From Bacilli bacterium (GTDB lineage Bacteria > Bacillota_I > Bacilli_A > RFN20 > CAG-826), in assembly GCA_044341785.1 (NCBI GenBank), contig JBIIRB010000001.1, positions 1-48,479 on the forward strand: a DNA stretch of 48,479 nt, written 5' to 3'. This document shows, one piece after another, positions 34,609 through 44,757 of the stretch. The position numbers and the translations under genes are program-made. Below the pieces are notes generated by a model that saw nothing but the letters and a program-made list of their open reading frames with translations, searched no databases and had not been told where the DNA came from. Numbering within the stretch: the stretch's first letter is position 1; each line of letters opens with the position of its first letter.

Positions 34609-36213
34609 TTATAGCACTAAGACCATGCCACCCACAACGGTCATTAATAATAATAAAAGAAAAATAGCCGTATTAAATTTAGGTTGTCGACTCCGCAACC
34701 AACTAAATACGAAACCATCGCGTTTGACGATCCCTACATAAACGACTAACCCTAATGAGGTGTAAAAAATATAATCAAGCCAAGGTTGAGGATCCATCAG
34801 TTGGATGGTTGAAAAAGGATTGTTAAAAAACACATTGCCAATCCAAGAATAACCAATACCGATACCGATGATTCCACAAGCGAGCGCTCCTAGTGAAATA
34901 AAAGTAAAAGGAGATAAATGGACAGAATGCATTCTTTTTCCTGGAAGCATCCATAACAATTTAGAAAATGAAATCAACGTGGCAAGGTTGATGAAGTTAA
35001 AGAGTAACATCTTCACTGCATCCTCTTTGAATGCATACTTGATGAGCGATTTTGATATATAGCCATTGAACAATGGAGCACCCGTGATCCCTAATATACC
35101 AATGATCAACAAGATGGAAATCCAAGGCATTGTTTTCCAAAGGCCACGAATGTCAGCAATTTTTTTGGTTTGATAATGTTCAATGATCACGCCGGCAACC
35201 AAGAACAATAACCCTTTAAACAAGGCGTGATTAAAAACATGGAGTAAACCGCCGACATAGCTATTATCATGGTCACTCATTAATCCCATCAAGAGTAAAC
35301 CTAATTGCGAAATGGTGTGGAACGCTAGCACTTGTTTTAAATCTTTTTGTGACATTGCAAATAATGCACCACCGACAGCTGAAAGCACGCCGAACCAAAA
35401 AATGACTTCAGAGAATTGATAAGGTGCATGAAACATTTGCAAATGTAAACGAATCAACATATAAATGGCACCTTTAACAATGAGTCCTGACAAAAGCGCG
35501 CTGACACTTGACGTGGCAACACCATGTGCTTTGGGTAACCAACTGTATACTGGGAAAAAAGCAGCCTTAACAAAGATGCCACTCATCATCAATGTATAGG
35601 CTAATTGAATGGCAGGTTGCGCTAACATGGCGGGTGTCATTTCACGCATGATGATTTGAATATTTAACGTTCCAAATGCGTAATATAAAAACATCGTTCC
35701 CATTAAAAATAGCATCGCAGCTAAGGAAGAAATGAGTAAATAGTGTAGCCCTGCTTTGAAGGCAGATTCATTTTTTTTGTACACAATCAGAATGGTCACT
35801 AACAAGGTGGTTACTTCGATAAAAACAAACATATTAAATAAATCATTCGTGGAAATCAATCCAATGAATACTGCTTCTAAGAAAAGTAAAAAGAAGTAAA
35901 ACTTTGACTCCTTTTTCATCGAAGGATAGGCATAAAGCATGATGATCGTAAAAATGAATACGGTAAGACCGATAAATAGGGCAGACGTTTCATCCACAAA
36001 GAAACTGATGACAAAGCGCTCATCATAAGGACCAAAGACGATATAAATCGCTTCTTGAGTATTTTGAATCTCGGTCCATAACCAAACCGTCAGGATCATC
36101 AAAGCGACTTGATTCAAAAAACTTAAATGAATAATCCCTTTCCAAGGAATCAAAAAAATCAATAATGAGACGAATACAGGTAAAAAAAGGATCGCAACGG
36201 GAAGAAAACTCAT
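34609..36213 (-). CDS. mrpD: MrpD/NuoN-like antiporter subunit (proton-conducting membrane transporter family)
   Basis: 534-aa polytopic protein with characteristic segments (WLPKAHGVATSSVSALLSG and HVFNHALFKGLLFLVAG). It overlaps mrpC by 4 nt. Confidence 0.85.
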   Translation of the reverse strand: MSFLPVAILFLPVFVSLLIFLIPWKGIIHLSFLNQVALMILTVWLWTEIQNTQEAIYIVFGPYDERFVISFFVDETSALFIGLTVFIFTIIMLYAYPSMKKESKFYFFLLFLEAVFIGLISTNDLFNMFVFIEVTTLLVTILIVYKKNESAFKAGLHYLLISSLAAMLFLMGTMFLYYAFGTLNIQIIMREMTPAMLAQPAIQLAYTLMMSGIFVKAAFFPVYSWLPKAHGVATSSVSALLSGLIVKGAIYMLIRLHLQMFHAPYQFSEVIFWFGVLSAVGGALFAMSQKDLKQVLAFHTISQLGLLLMGLMSDHDNSYVGGLLHVFNHALFKGLLFLVAGVIIEHYQTKKIADIRGLWKTMPWISILLIIGILGITGAPLFNGYISKSLIKYAFKEDAVKMLLFNFINLATLISFSKLLWMLPGKRMHSVHLSPFTFISLGALACGIIGIGIGYSWIGNVFFNNPFSTIQLMDPQPWLDYIFYTSLGLVVYVGIVKRDGFVFSWLRSRQPKFNTAIFLLLLLMTVVGGMVLVL

Positions 36214-36530
36214 TTTTTAATTTCCTTCCATTCAATCGAACCATTATTATGAAAAACTTTAATGGAAATGATCAAAGCCAATGCAGTGACGGTCGAACCG
36301 ATGACAATCGTCGTGATCATCAATGCTTGTGGAATGGGGTCAACAATCAATGCGTTGCCAATCGTAATAATAGGTATGCCGCCACCTTGAAGCGCACCAA
36401 AATTTAAAAACAATAAAATGACACCCGATTCGATGATGGTCACACAAAAGATTGATTTAATGGTGTTTTTTGAAATAATCAAACCATAAAAACCAACAAG
36501 AATAATGATTAAAGTGAGAAAGGGATTCAT
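36210..36530 (-). CDS. mrpC: MrpC/NuoK-like subunit
   Basis: 106 aa with 3 TM helices, located between the MnhB-like and MrpD-like genes. Confidence 0.75.
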   Translation of the reverse strand: MNPFLTLIIILVGFYGLIISKNTIKSIFCVTIIESGVILLFLNFGALQGGGIPIITIGNALIVDPIPQALMITTIVIGSTVTALALIISIKVFHNNGSIEWKEIKK

Positions 36531-37219
36531 TAGCGTCCTTCCTTTAAAAATCCAACAAAAATCGCTGTAAGTCCAATCGCTACTTTACTACCGATAAGAA
36601 TATTGAGTAAGACCAAAAATAACGCTCTAATTTGCGGGTCTTGTTCCAGTGGAATAAAATTAGTGAATAGCGAATCACGGGTAAAGAATGAAATAAAAGC
36701 AATTAATAAAAACCCAAGGTAAATGATTTTTTCAATGTTAAGGATAAGATTGATGGATGTTTTTTTATTTAGATCAATGTAATAAAGGATGAGAATAGCG
36801 GAAGCAATCACAGATCCTCCTTGGAACCCTCCACCGGGTGCAAGATGACCATTTAAAATAATATAAATGCCAAACAAAAGAATGATGGGGTAAACAATCC
36901 GGGCTAGGGAGATAAACAATTCGGGTATTTTTAATTTATCAAGCATGAATAATGGATTGTGTTCGATATGTTCATGTTGAGCAATCCAAGAAATACCACT
37001 AACAGCAATGAGTAAAATGCCGGCCTCAAATAACGTATCTAATAAGCGATAGTCTAAATAAATGGCCGTGACGATGTTCAGTGAGGCTGTATCGAAAAAA
37101 CCTTCATTCTGAAAGAAGTTTCTCGCAATATCGGTATTGATTAAGACTAAATTGTCGGTTCCATACCAAAGAAAGAAACCCATAAAAATCAGCAAAGGTA
37201 ATGCTAAATATTTAGTCAT
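36530..37219 (-). CDS. mrpB: MrpB/MnhB-domain subunit
   Basis: Contains the MnhB signature LNGHLAPGGGFQGG. The start is set at the ATG at 37219 (MTKYLAL, GAGG 7 nt upstream) rather than the ORF-track start at 37252. Confidence 0.75.
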   Translation of the reverse strand: MTKYLALPLLIFMGFFLWYGTDNLVLINTDIARNFFQNEGFFDTASLNIVTAIYLDYRLLDTLFEAGILLIAVSGISWIAQHEHIEHNPLFMLDKLKIPELFISLARIVYPIILLFGIYIILNGHLAPGGGFQGGSVIASAILILYYIDLNKKTSINLILNIEKIIYLGFLLIAFISFFTRDSLFTNFIPLEQDPQIRALFLVLLNILIGSKVAIGLTAIFVGFLKEGR

Positions 37220-37763
37220 AATGAACCTCATCTTTAAACACTTCAAGGGCAATATTTTTATAGGATTGTTTTGCTTTTTCTAGCGAAGTTAATAAAACAT
37301 TACTACTTTTACCTTTGAGAATGTAATGCGATGGATTGTCCTCATTTTGATAAATAATGAGATCAATATTCATATCATCAAATAATGTTTTTTCATGAAG
37401 GGTCAAATCGCAACAAAGATTAATTTTTAAACGATTTTTCTTAGCGAATTGCTTCAAAAAATCGTAGACCTCACCTTGGAGAGCATCAATGGATAAATTC
37501 TGACCGTGATGCAAGGTATCAAGAACAATCAACTCGCGTTGTCTAGAAATCGCAATGACATAAATTAAAGGAATTATCGCAGCATTGATAGCGACTTCAG
37601 CAATAGCCACGTCAGGTGCTTGATTTAACATATAAAGTGTAGCCACAATGAGCGAGAACACCGACATTAAAATGATAATCGTGAATTGATTTTGATGAAA
37701 GATGATGGCAATGGCCACCGCAATCAACATCAATTGGAAAAAAATAGCCAGTAAATCATTCAT
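37212..37763 (-). CDS. DUF4040/MbhD-like subunit (equivalent to the MrpA C-terminal segment) with an unassigned hydrophilic C-terminal extension of about 100 aa
   Basis: The N-terminal 3-TM part with NQAPDVAIAEVAINAAI matches the DUF4040 pattern. Residues from about 80 to 183 are hydrophilic (RQRELIVLDTLHHGQNLSIDALQGEVYDFLKQFAKKNRL...). Confidence 0.6.
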   Translation of the reverse strand: MNDLLAIFFQLMLIAVAIAIIFHQNQFTIIILMSVFSLIVATLYMLNQAPDVAIAEVAINAAIIPLIYVIAISRQRELIVLDTLHHGQNLSIDALQGEVYDFLKQFAKKNRLKINLCCDLTLHEKTLFDDMNIDLIIYQNEDNPSHYILKGKSSNVLLTSLEKAKQSYKNIALEVFKDEVHYD

Positions 37764-38056
37764 AGTTTAGGTTCCTTTAATGGAACTTTTGACAAATAGG
37801 CCGCGCGAATGACCACATGGGTGGATATAGGGGATGTGATCATTAAAAAGACTAACAAGAGTAAAAAGCGAAAAATCCATTCCCATTCAAGCTGAAAAAT
37901 GATCATAGCAAATATAAAGAGTAATGACGCGACAGTATCAATCGTTGCAGACGCTAAAATTCTTAAATAAACATTGCGATAAAAAAAGACTGAAATGACA
38001 CCAAAAATCATGAAAAGCAAACCAAGAACAGATAAAATGATACCTATCCAAATCAT
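37760..38056 (-). CDS. mrpG: MrpG/MnhG-like subunit
   Basis: 98 aa with 3 TM helices, in an operon position with 4-nt overlaps on both sides. Confidence 0.65.
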   Translation of the reverse strand: MIWIGIILSVLGLLFMIFGVISVFFYRNVYLRILASATIDTVASLLFIFAMIIFQLEWEWIFRFLLLLVFLMITSPISTHVVIRAAYLSKVPLKEPKL

Positions 38057-38319
38057 TGATCTTGCGTTCCTGTCATCACAAATTTTGAGAATAAGGTTGT
38101 GGTTAAAAAACCAATGATGCCATACGTAATGGCAATATCAAGAATCGTGGGACTTTGAACATAAACGGCATAAACGACAATGAATAAAATGACTTTTGCG
38201 GTAATCATGTTAAGTAAAATCATGCGATCAAAAACAGTAACGTTAGAAAACATACGAATGAACATGAATAGCATGGCTAACCCGAGAAACACCATCAAGA
38301 TGATTAACATGAAGTTCAT
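38053..38319 (-). CDS. mrpF: MrpF/MnhF-like subunit
   Basis: 88 aa with 3 TM helices, located between the E-like and G-like genes. Confidence 0.65.
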   Translation of the reverse strand: MNFMLIILMVFLGLAMLFMFIRMFSNVTVFDRMILLNMITAKVILFIVVYAVYVQSPTILDIAITYGIIGFLTTTLFSKFVMTGTQDQ

Positions 38320-38819
38320 ACTTGTTCTGCCTTTTTGATCACTTTTTCAAATTGTTGACGGATGGGCTGTTCTATATCGGCAATCGGAGTTCCTTTTTTG
38401 GCAACCGCAAGAACGGTAATAACGGGTCCGTTCACATCAACACTCACCGTACCAGGGGTCAAAGTAATGGAATTCGCAATCAAAGCAATTTCAATCGGAT
38501 CAGTCAGTGATAATTTTAAATCAAAAACAATCACTTCATAACCACCTTTCAAGATACTTAAGATATACATGAAAGCAGCTTTAAAGATTTCAATGATGAG
38601 CATAAAAAAGTATTGAATTAACGCAAACCATCGAATCCGTTGATATCGATAACCTTTCTCATCATACAAAACTTGTGAGGTGAAAAGCGTCATCAATAAA
38701 CTAATAATTACACCATACAATACTGTATCGAGATTCAAGTTAAAGTTGAATAGAATCCAAAAGAAAAACATCATCAAAAAAAATGGCCAACGGTTCAAAT
38801 ATGTTTTTACTTTTGTCAT
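38316..38819 (-). CDS. mrpE: MrpE/MnhE-like subunit
   Basis: 167 aa with two N-terminal TM helices, then LIANSITLTPGTVSVDV, the conserved MnhE motif. Confidence 0.7.
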   Translation of the reverse strand: MTKVKTYLNRWPFFLMMFFFWILFNFNLNLDTVLYGVIISLLMTLFTSQVLYDEKGYRYQRIRWFALIQYFFMLIIEIFKAAFMYILSILKGGYEVIVFDLKLSLTDPIEIALIANSITLTPGTVSVDVNGPVITVLAVAKKGTPIADIEQPIRQQFEKVIKKAEQV

Positions 38820-38836
38820 AACCTTATTAATATAAC

Positions 38837-38863
38837 AAAAAAACCAACAATAATCATTGTTGG
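38837..38863 (-). terminator. Intrinsic terminator after tRNA-Arg(CCU), ending 17 nt before the mrpE ATG
   Basis: Minus strand: CCAACAAT-gatt-ATTGTTGG followed by TTTTTTT. Confidence 0.75.
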
Positions 38864-38889
38864 TCTTACAAAAGCGAGAATTTCTTGAT

Positions 38890-38966
38890 TGGCGCGCTTG
38901 GTCCGATTCGAACGGACGACTTTCACCTTAGGAGTGTGATACTCTATCCAACTGAGTTACAAGCGC
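38890..38966 (-). tRNA. tRNA-Arg(CCU): tRNA-Arg, anticodon CCU
   Basis: Reverse complement: GCGCTTG-TA-ACTC-AGTTGGATA-GAGT-A-TCACA-CTCCTAA-GGTGA-AAGTC-GTCCG-TTCGAAT-CGGAC-CAAGCGC-G-CCA. There is one A-G mismatch at positions 31:39. Confidence 0.85.
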
Positions 38967-38977
38967 ATTGATTAATA

Positions 38978-40264
38978 CTATACGACGAATTGTAGACTGA
39001 ATAAACTAATTGCTAATAATGGTAAACCAATCATGAAACCATACCTTAAAAAATCATAAAAATGAATGGTGATCTCAAACCGCTTGATGATACTCATCCA
39101 CATCATTCCTGCCAATGCGCCGATAGGGGTGAAGATGGCTCCTAAATTACTACCAATAATGGAAGCATATACGGCTTGTAACGATGAAGAAGGCTCCATG
39201 GATAAAATATTCGTAAATAAAATGCTCATCGGAATATTATTAATAAGATTCGATACCAAGAAAGAACTTAAACCATAAATCCAATCTTGATTGAAACTGG
39301 ATAAAAAAACCATGAACAAAGGTAACCATCCCAAATCATCGAATGCATGAATCATAAACACCATCGATAAGAAAAAAGGAACGAGTGACCAGGGTAGCCT
39401 AAAAATTGTTTTTTTAAAATCTACTTTTTTATCTTTCATCCAAAAAATGAAGATTTGGTGTGCAATAAAAAGAGAAATAACAAAGAAAAAGGCTATTAAA
39501 TACATTTCAAAACCAAGATAAGGCGCGATTGCCATCATCAACGTAACTCCAATTAAATGGATGATTCCTAAAACCGATAAACCGCGATTGGGCAATGAAG
39601 CGTTTTCTTGGAAGACGATTTTTTGAGAAAGATTTTTATAGAATAAAATAACTAAAATGAAGTAGCTCAATAATCCGGTAACTACAGTTGGTAGGGTCAT
39701 CACAGTCAAATACTCAATGAAAGTGATTCCAAATGAAGTTGCCATGTAAATGTTGGTGGGATTACCGATGATGAGTAACATGGACCAAGTATTAGCAGCA
39801 ACAAATTGCATGATTAAAAAAGGAAACGGATTAATTTTTGCGTTTTTAGAAAAGTAAATGATAAAAGGTGTGAGAGTTAAGATGACAATATCATTGGCAG
39901 TAAAAATTGTCAGAAATGATACAAGTACGTAAAAATATAAAAACAATTTTCTTTGATCATGACCTGCAATAGCAACAGTTTTAGAAGCTAAATAAGCGAT
40001 AAAACCTATGTCATCTAAATACAGAGAAATCGCCGAAAAAGAAAGAAATAAAATAAGAATTTTTATTGGATTCATGGTGGTATTTTCAAACAATAAATCA
40101 AAATAAGTTGGCAGCAGGTTGAAATTTAACAATACTAACACCAATGAACCGCTTAAGCCAATGATCCAATATAATGCATAATGCTGCTTGAAAATCTTAA
40201 TCGTTTTGGAATAAACGATTGAAATTATCATGAAAATAATCGTGAATATGATAATGAAACTCAT
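38978..40264 (-). CDS. ArsB/NhaD-superfamily (citrate-transporter-like) permease
   Basis: About 428 aa with 10-12 TM helices and a two-half architecture typical of the ArsB/NhaD/CitMHS-like ion transporter superfamily. The ATG at 40264 has AAAGGAAA upstream; the ORF-track start at 40267 is a TTG. Confidence 0.6.
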   Translation of the reverse strand: MSFIIIFTIIFMIISIVYSKTIKIFKQHYALYWIIGLSGSLVLVLLNFNLLPTYFDLLFENTTMNPIKILILFLSFSAISLYLDDIGFIAYLASKTVAIAGHDQRKLFLYFYVLVSFLTIFTANDIVILTLTPFIIYFSKNAKINPFPFLIMQFVAANTWSMLLIIGNPTNIYMATSFGITFIEYLTVMTLPTVVTGLLSYFILVILFYKNLSQKIVFQENASLPNRGLSVLGIIHLIGVTLMMAIAPYLGFEMYLIAFFFVISLFIAHQIFIFWMKDKKVDFKKTIFRLPWSLVPFFLSMVFMIHAFDDLGWLPLFMVFLSSFNQDWIYGLSSFLVSNLINNIPMSILFTNILSMEPSSSLQAVYASIIGSNLGAIFTPIGALAGMMWMSIIKRFEITIHFYDFLRYGFMIGLPLLAISLFSLQFVV

Positions 40265-40283
40265 CAATTTCCTTTTGATTCAA

Positions 40284-40360
40284 TGGTCGGGACGATGGGA
40301 TTCGAACCCACGACCTCTTGGTCCCGAACCAAGCGCGCTACCAAACTGCGCTACGTCCCG
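40284..40360 (-). tRNA. tRNA-Pro(CGG): tRNA-Pro, anticodon CGG
   Basis: Reverse complement: CGGGACG-TA-GCGC-AGTTTGGTA-GCGC-G-CTTGG-TTCGGGA-CCAAG-AGGTC-GTGGG-TTCGAAT-CCCAT-CGTCCCG-A-CCA. Confidence 0.9.
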
Positions 40361-40381
40361 ATTGAACGACTTCATTTTACT

Positions 40382-43300
40382 CTAATCGTTTGCAAATGAA
40401 AATAGCGAAACTTGATCGCGTTCTTCTAATTGACGTAAAGCACCTAAATCTCGTAAATCTTCAAGATTGGTTTGTGAAAGTTTTGTCCGTCTTTTTAAAT
40501 CTTCTTGGGATAAAAAAGGTCTCTCTTTTCGAGCATCTGTAACTGAAATTGCAGCATTATTACCAATTCCATCTAGCACAATGAAGGGAGGAATGATGGC
40601 TTGTTTTTCTTCATCGATGATAAATTCTGTGGCATGCGATTGATTAATATCAACATTAAGAATTTCATATCCTCTTTCTTTCATCTCTAACGCGATAGTC
40701 AAGGTATACTCGATGGCTTCCTCTTTAGGAGGCAGTTTCCTTAATTGGGCTTTTTGTAACTTCATTTTTTCTAATTTTTCAAAAATCGCTTTCGGAGGTT
40801 GAATCATCGTTTTAATGTCGTACTGTTTAGAGCGTATCGTGAAAAAAGTTGCATAATACGATAGGGGTCGATGAAGTTTAAACCAGGCAACGCGAACAGC
40901 CATGGTGACATAAGCAGCTGCGTGCGCTTTCGGAAAAAGATATTTAATTTTTTTGCATGATTCAATATAAAAATCCGGTACTTTTGCTTCTTGCATAATT
41001 TGAAGGTGTTCCGGTGATAAACCATCACCACGACGAACTTTTTCCATGATTTTAAATGATGATAATTCAGGAATACCTTTACGCATAAGATAAGTCATGA
41101 TGTCATCGCGACAACCAATAACTTCATCAATATTGATTTTTTTACTTTCAATCATTTCTTTAGAGTTACCAAAAAAAACTTCCTTACCATGTGACAAACC
41201 AGAAATGACCATGAGATGATTAAAAGTTTTTGGTTTGATGGTGTTTAAAATACTAATACCGACTGCAGTTCCAAACTCCGGAGTTCCTAATGCTCCATTA
41301 TTAAGTGACATGAACTTTTGCTTACGATTTAAGGCTTCATCACTTGCAAAAATAGAAATTGTTTCTGGATCATTTAATGGAATCTCATCGATTGGAATGC
41401 CGGTTTGTAATGACATGTGACGGACCGCTAATGGATCAAGATGACCTAACATGTCAAATTTTAAGAGGGAGGCGTGTAATGCTTCAAAAGGAAAGTGAGT
41501 GGTAATGATATTGTGTTCAGGATTATCGGCTGGATATTGAATGGGAGTAAAATCATTGACGTCAAAGGCCTCTGGAACAACCACCATACCTCCAGGATGT
41601 TGACCCGATGTTCTTCTAACCCCTTGGCAGCCATAAGCGAGCACCGCTAAATCACCATAAGTAATGTCATTAGGGTTAACACCCATTTTCTCATAGTAAC
41701 CTTTCACGTAGCCGAATGCTGTTTTATCAGCGACTTTTTCAACGGTTCCTGAACGATAGACCTTATTATTGCCGAGCATCTTTTTCGTCATGGCTTGCGC
41801 GATTGCTTGGTAATCGGGGGGAAAGTTCAAGTCAATATCGGGAACTTTATTGGCATCGGTTCCAATGAATGTTGCAAAAGGAATATTTTGACCATCACCC
41901 TTTAAGACGTGGGCACACGCTGGGCACAACCGCGTTGGCAAATCGAATCCAGAACGAATTTCTTCAGGAATTTGAAAATCAGTAAATTGGCATTGGGGAC
42001 AATAATAATGAGGAGGTAAAGGATTGACTTCGGTAATACGCGCCATCGTTGCAGCAAATGAGCTTCCAACTGAACCTCGTGAACCGACTAAATATCCTTG
42101 ATCGTGAGCTTCTTTTAAGATTTTACTGGTGACATAGTAAATGACTGCGTATCCATTATCAATAATTCCTTTGAGCTCCGTTTCCAACCGTTTTTCTACA
42201 ATCGCTGGTAAAGATTTACCGTATTGAAGATGCGCTTCGGAATAACACAAATCTCTTAATTTTTGATTACTATTTTCAATAAAAGGTACTTCAAGTTTAT
42301 TTGAAATTGGCGTGACATTTTCAATAAGATCATTGATTCGATTCGTATTGGTAACCACATATTCCAATGCTTTCGCTTTTCCTAACCAATCAAACGCATC
42401 AAGCATTTCTTGTGTGGTACGATAATGCTGATTTGGGTTTTCAAATTTAGTACGACTTTCACGATTATACGGGTTCATAGGATGAGGAACGCCTTTCAAT
42501 CCTTTAGTAAAAATAAAAATGTCACGATAGATCTTATCTTCTGGATTCACATAATGAGCATCGCCTGTAGCAACCACGGGAATGTTTAAAGTTTCAGCAC
42601 AACTGATGATTTCACTTAAAATTTTCTTTAATTCTGTGATCGACTCGATTTGTCCCATATGAATTAAATAATCGTAATTATCTAGCGGTTGTATTTCGAT
42701 ATAGTCATAAAACTTCATCACGTCAAGAAGGTCTTCTCGCGTTTGGGTTCTAGCTGTGTCAAACACTTCACCATTAAAGCAAGCAGAACCAATGAGCAAA
42801 TGTTCTCTTCGTTTGGCAATTTCTTGTCGAGGGGTTCGCGGTTGTTCACTTAAATTGACTGTGTGCGCCAGTGAAACCAGTTCATAAAGGGCGCGCAGTC
42901 CTTTTTTGTTTTTGACTAAAATGGATGTGTGGCTGCTTCGCAAATATTTAATATCAGCGGCACGTTTACTCAATCGATTTAAGTCTTGATGGGAAATGAT
43001 TTGATGTTCTAGATTAAGTTTTTCTGATAATGTTATCCAAATGCGGCTTAATACCTCAGCATCATAATCCGCGCGATGGGCTTCATCAGTATCATAATCT
43101 ACATTCACTCTTTTCGCTAACGCACCCAGGCGATGATTACTAGCTTCAGGATACAAATAACGCGATAGTGAAAGTGTGTCAATGACTGGAAGAGCAATTT
43201 GCATGTTTTCGCGTTTAAAAGCTTCTACTAAAAAACCCATATCAAAGGGAGCATTGTGCGAAACAAGGATGCAATCTTTCATGAAATTAAAAATTGAGGC

Positions 43301-44755
43301 TGAAACCGTTTTAAACGCAGGTTGATTTTTAAGCATCTCTAACGTAATTCCGCTCACATCTAGCGAACCCTTACTTACTGGAACATCTTCAGGAGAGATT
43401 AAGATAGAAAGACGGTCGATGATTAACCCTTTTCTTAATTTAACTGCACCAATTTCAATGATGCGATCATAACGCGAACTTAATCCTGTAGTTTCTAAGT
43501 CAAATACAACCGTATCCGTGTTTTTGATTGTTAAAGATGAAGCATTCATGATGTGCGTATTTACATCATCCACCATGTAAACTTCACAACCATAAATCAT
43601 CTTAATGCCATATTTTTCGGCCATTTCTTGCGCTTCGGGAAAACCTTGAACAACCCCATGATCGGTAATTGCAATCGCTTTGTGACCCATATTTTTAGCA
43701 ACGGCACAATAATCTTCGATTGCACCGACACCATCCATGGTGGACATTTTTGTATGGAGATGAAGTTCGACTCGTTTCGTAATTGCAGCATCCTCTCGCA
43801 ATGGAGCAGGTTCTAAAACGGCTAATTCATGGGCATATAATTTAATTGATTTATTTTTTTCATCGAGCACCACTCGACCTCGAATCCGTAACCGAACTTT
43901 TCGTTCAAGATTAAGTAAGATCGATCGATGCATCGTTTTTTGGTCTTCGTTAATCGTGATGGATATTCCTTTGCGGTTAGAACCCAAAACACCACGAAGG
44001 GTTTTTTTATTATTGTATTCCTTCATTTCAAAATCGACTAAAATACCTTCGATCTCGACGTTGCCTGAATTGGGTTTGAGTTCCCCTATCCCTAAAGGAA
44101 CATAATTACCTCGACGATACTTTTTTTCGTTTTCATCTTTAATTTGTGCTTTGATGGTCTTTTCATAATCTAATAAGATTTGATTTTCCGCTTCTTCCAA
44201 ACGGTTTTCGTGTTCATCATCCACATCCATAAAAATAGATGAATCAACATCCACTTCACTTTCTATTTTTTTTGAAAGCTCTGCTATTTTTTTGGAATCA
44301 ATGGTAGGTGTGATTTGTTTTAGTTGGATATCTAATTGAAACGGATAGACCAATAAAGTTAATAGACTATTAAACTCCTTAACAATGATTTGCCAACGAT
44401 TGAGCTCAAGATCGGAGTCAGTATAAAAAGTAATCAGGCGTTCTTCAAGTTGAAAAGGCAGTTTAAAATCATCATGGTATTGTTTAAAAAACCATGAATT
44501 AAACAAGTCGATGACATCTTGGGCAATCATTGGTTTTTCATAATGAAATCGGATGTCATAAGGGTAATCGATGGATGATAGTTTTTGCAGGAATTCATCA
44601 AGTAAATCAAACCGCCAAGGTGAGGACTTGATTACCGTCATATCCCACCCATTTTTTTTGAAAGGATGCTTGATAATGGATTCAAACTCTAAATCAAAAC
44701 TCTCGATATTTTCAATACCTATTGAACGCAAAAAACGCAACATTTTCTCCGACAT
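40382..44755 (-). CDS. polC: DNA polymerase III alpha subunit, PolC type
   Basis: 1457 aa. The PHP domain has [10 protein letters not shown], the inserted 3'-5' exonuclease has [10 protein letters not shown] ... HRADYDA, and the polymerase core has a Zn-finger-like region (CPQC...CPAC). Confidence 0.97.
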   Translation of the reverse strand: MSEKMLRFLRSIGIENIESFDLEFESIIKHPFKKNGWDMTVIKSSPWRFDLLDEFLQKLSSIDYPYDIRFHYEKPMIAQDVIDLFNSWFFKQYHDDFKLPFQLEERLITFYTDSDLELNRWQIIVKEFNSLLTLLVYPFQLDIQLKQITPTIDSKKIAELSKKIESEVDVDSSIFMDVDDEHENRLEEAENQILLDYEKTIKAQIKDENEKKYRRGNYVPLGIGELKPNSGNVEIEGILVDFEMKEYNNKKTLRGVLGSNRKGISITINEDQKTMHRSILLNLERKVRLRIRGRVVLDEKNKSIKLYAHELAVLEPAPLREDAAITKRVELHLHTKMSTMDGVGAIEDYCAVAKNMGHKAIAITDHGVVQGFPEAQEMAEKYGIKMIYGCEVYMVDDVNTHIMNASSLTIKNTDTVVFDLETTGLSSRYDRIIEIGAVKLRKGLIIDRLSILISPEDVPVSKGSLDVSGITLEMLKNQPAFKTVSASIFNFMKDCILVSHNAPFDMGFLVEAFKRENMQIALPVIDTLSLSRYLYPEASNHRLGALAKRVNVDYDTDEAHRADYDAEVLSRIWITLSEKLNLEHQIISHQDLNRLSKRAADIKYLRSSHTSILVKNKKGLRALYELVSLAHTVNLSEQPRTPRQEIAKRREHLLIGSACFNGEVFDTARTQTREDLLDVMKFYDYIEIQPLDNYDYLIHMGQIESITELKKILSEIISCAETLNIPVVATGDAHYVNPEDKIYRDIFIFTKGLKGVPHPMNPYNRESRTKFENPNQHYRTTQEMLDAFDWLGKAKALEYVVTNTNRINDLIENVTPISNKLEVPFIENSNQKLRDLCYSEAHLQYGKSLPAIVEKRLETELKGIIDNGYAVIYYVTSKILKEAHDQGYLVGSRGSVGSSFAATMARITEVNPLPPHYYCPQCQFTDFQIPEEIRSGFDLPTRLCPACAHVLKGDGQNIPFATFIGTDANKVPDIDLNFPPDYQAIAQAMTKKMLGNNKVYRSGTVEKVADKTAFGYVKGYYEKMGVNPNDITYGDLAVLAYGCQGVRRTSGQHPGGMVVVPEAFDVNDFTPIQYPADNPEHNIITTHFPFEALHASLLKFDMLGHLDPLAVRHMSLQTGIPIDEIPLNDPETISIFASDEALNRKQKFMSLNNGALGTPEFGTAVGISILNTIKPKTFNHLMVISGLSHGKEVFFGNSKEMIESKKINIDEVIGCRDDIMTYLMRKGIPELSSFKIMEKVRRGDGLSPEHLQIMQEAKVPDFYIESCKKIKYLFPKAHAAAYVTMAVRVAWFKLHRPLSYYATFFTIRSKQYDIKTMIQPPKAIFEKLEKMKLQKAQLRKLPPKEEAIEYTLTIALEMKERGYEILNVDINQSHATEFIIDEEKQAIIPPFIVLDGIGNNAAISVTDARKERPFLSQEDLKRRTKLSQTNLEDLRDLGALRQLEERDQVSLFSFAND

Positions 44756-44757
44756 CG

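Noticed and set aside
24130-38966. Idea that the two similar tRNA-Arg genes bracket a horizontally acquired island carrying nqr, CotH, redox genes and mrp
   Set aside because: The two tRNAs share only the acceptor stem and T loop, not extended direct repeats. There is no integrase, transposase or att-like partial tRNA duplication, and I saw no obvious compositional break by eye.
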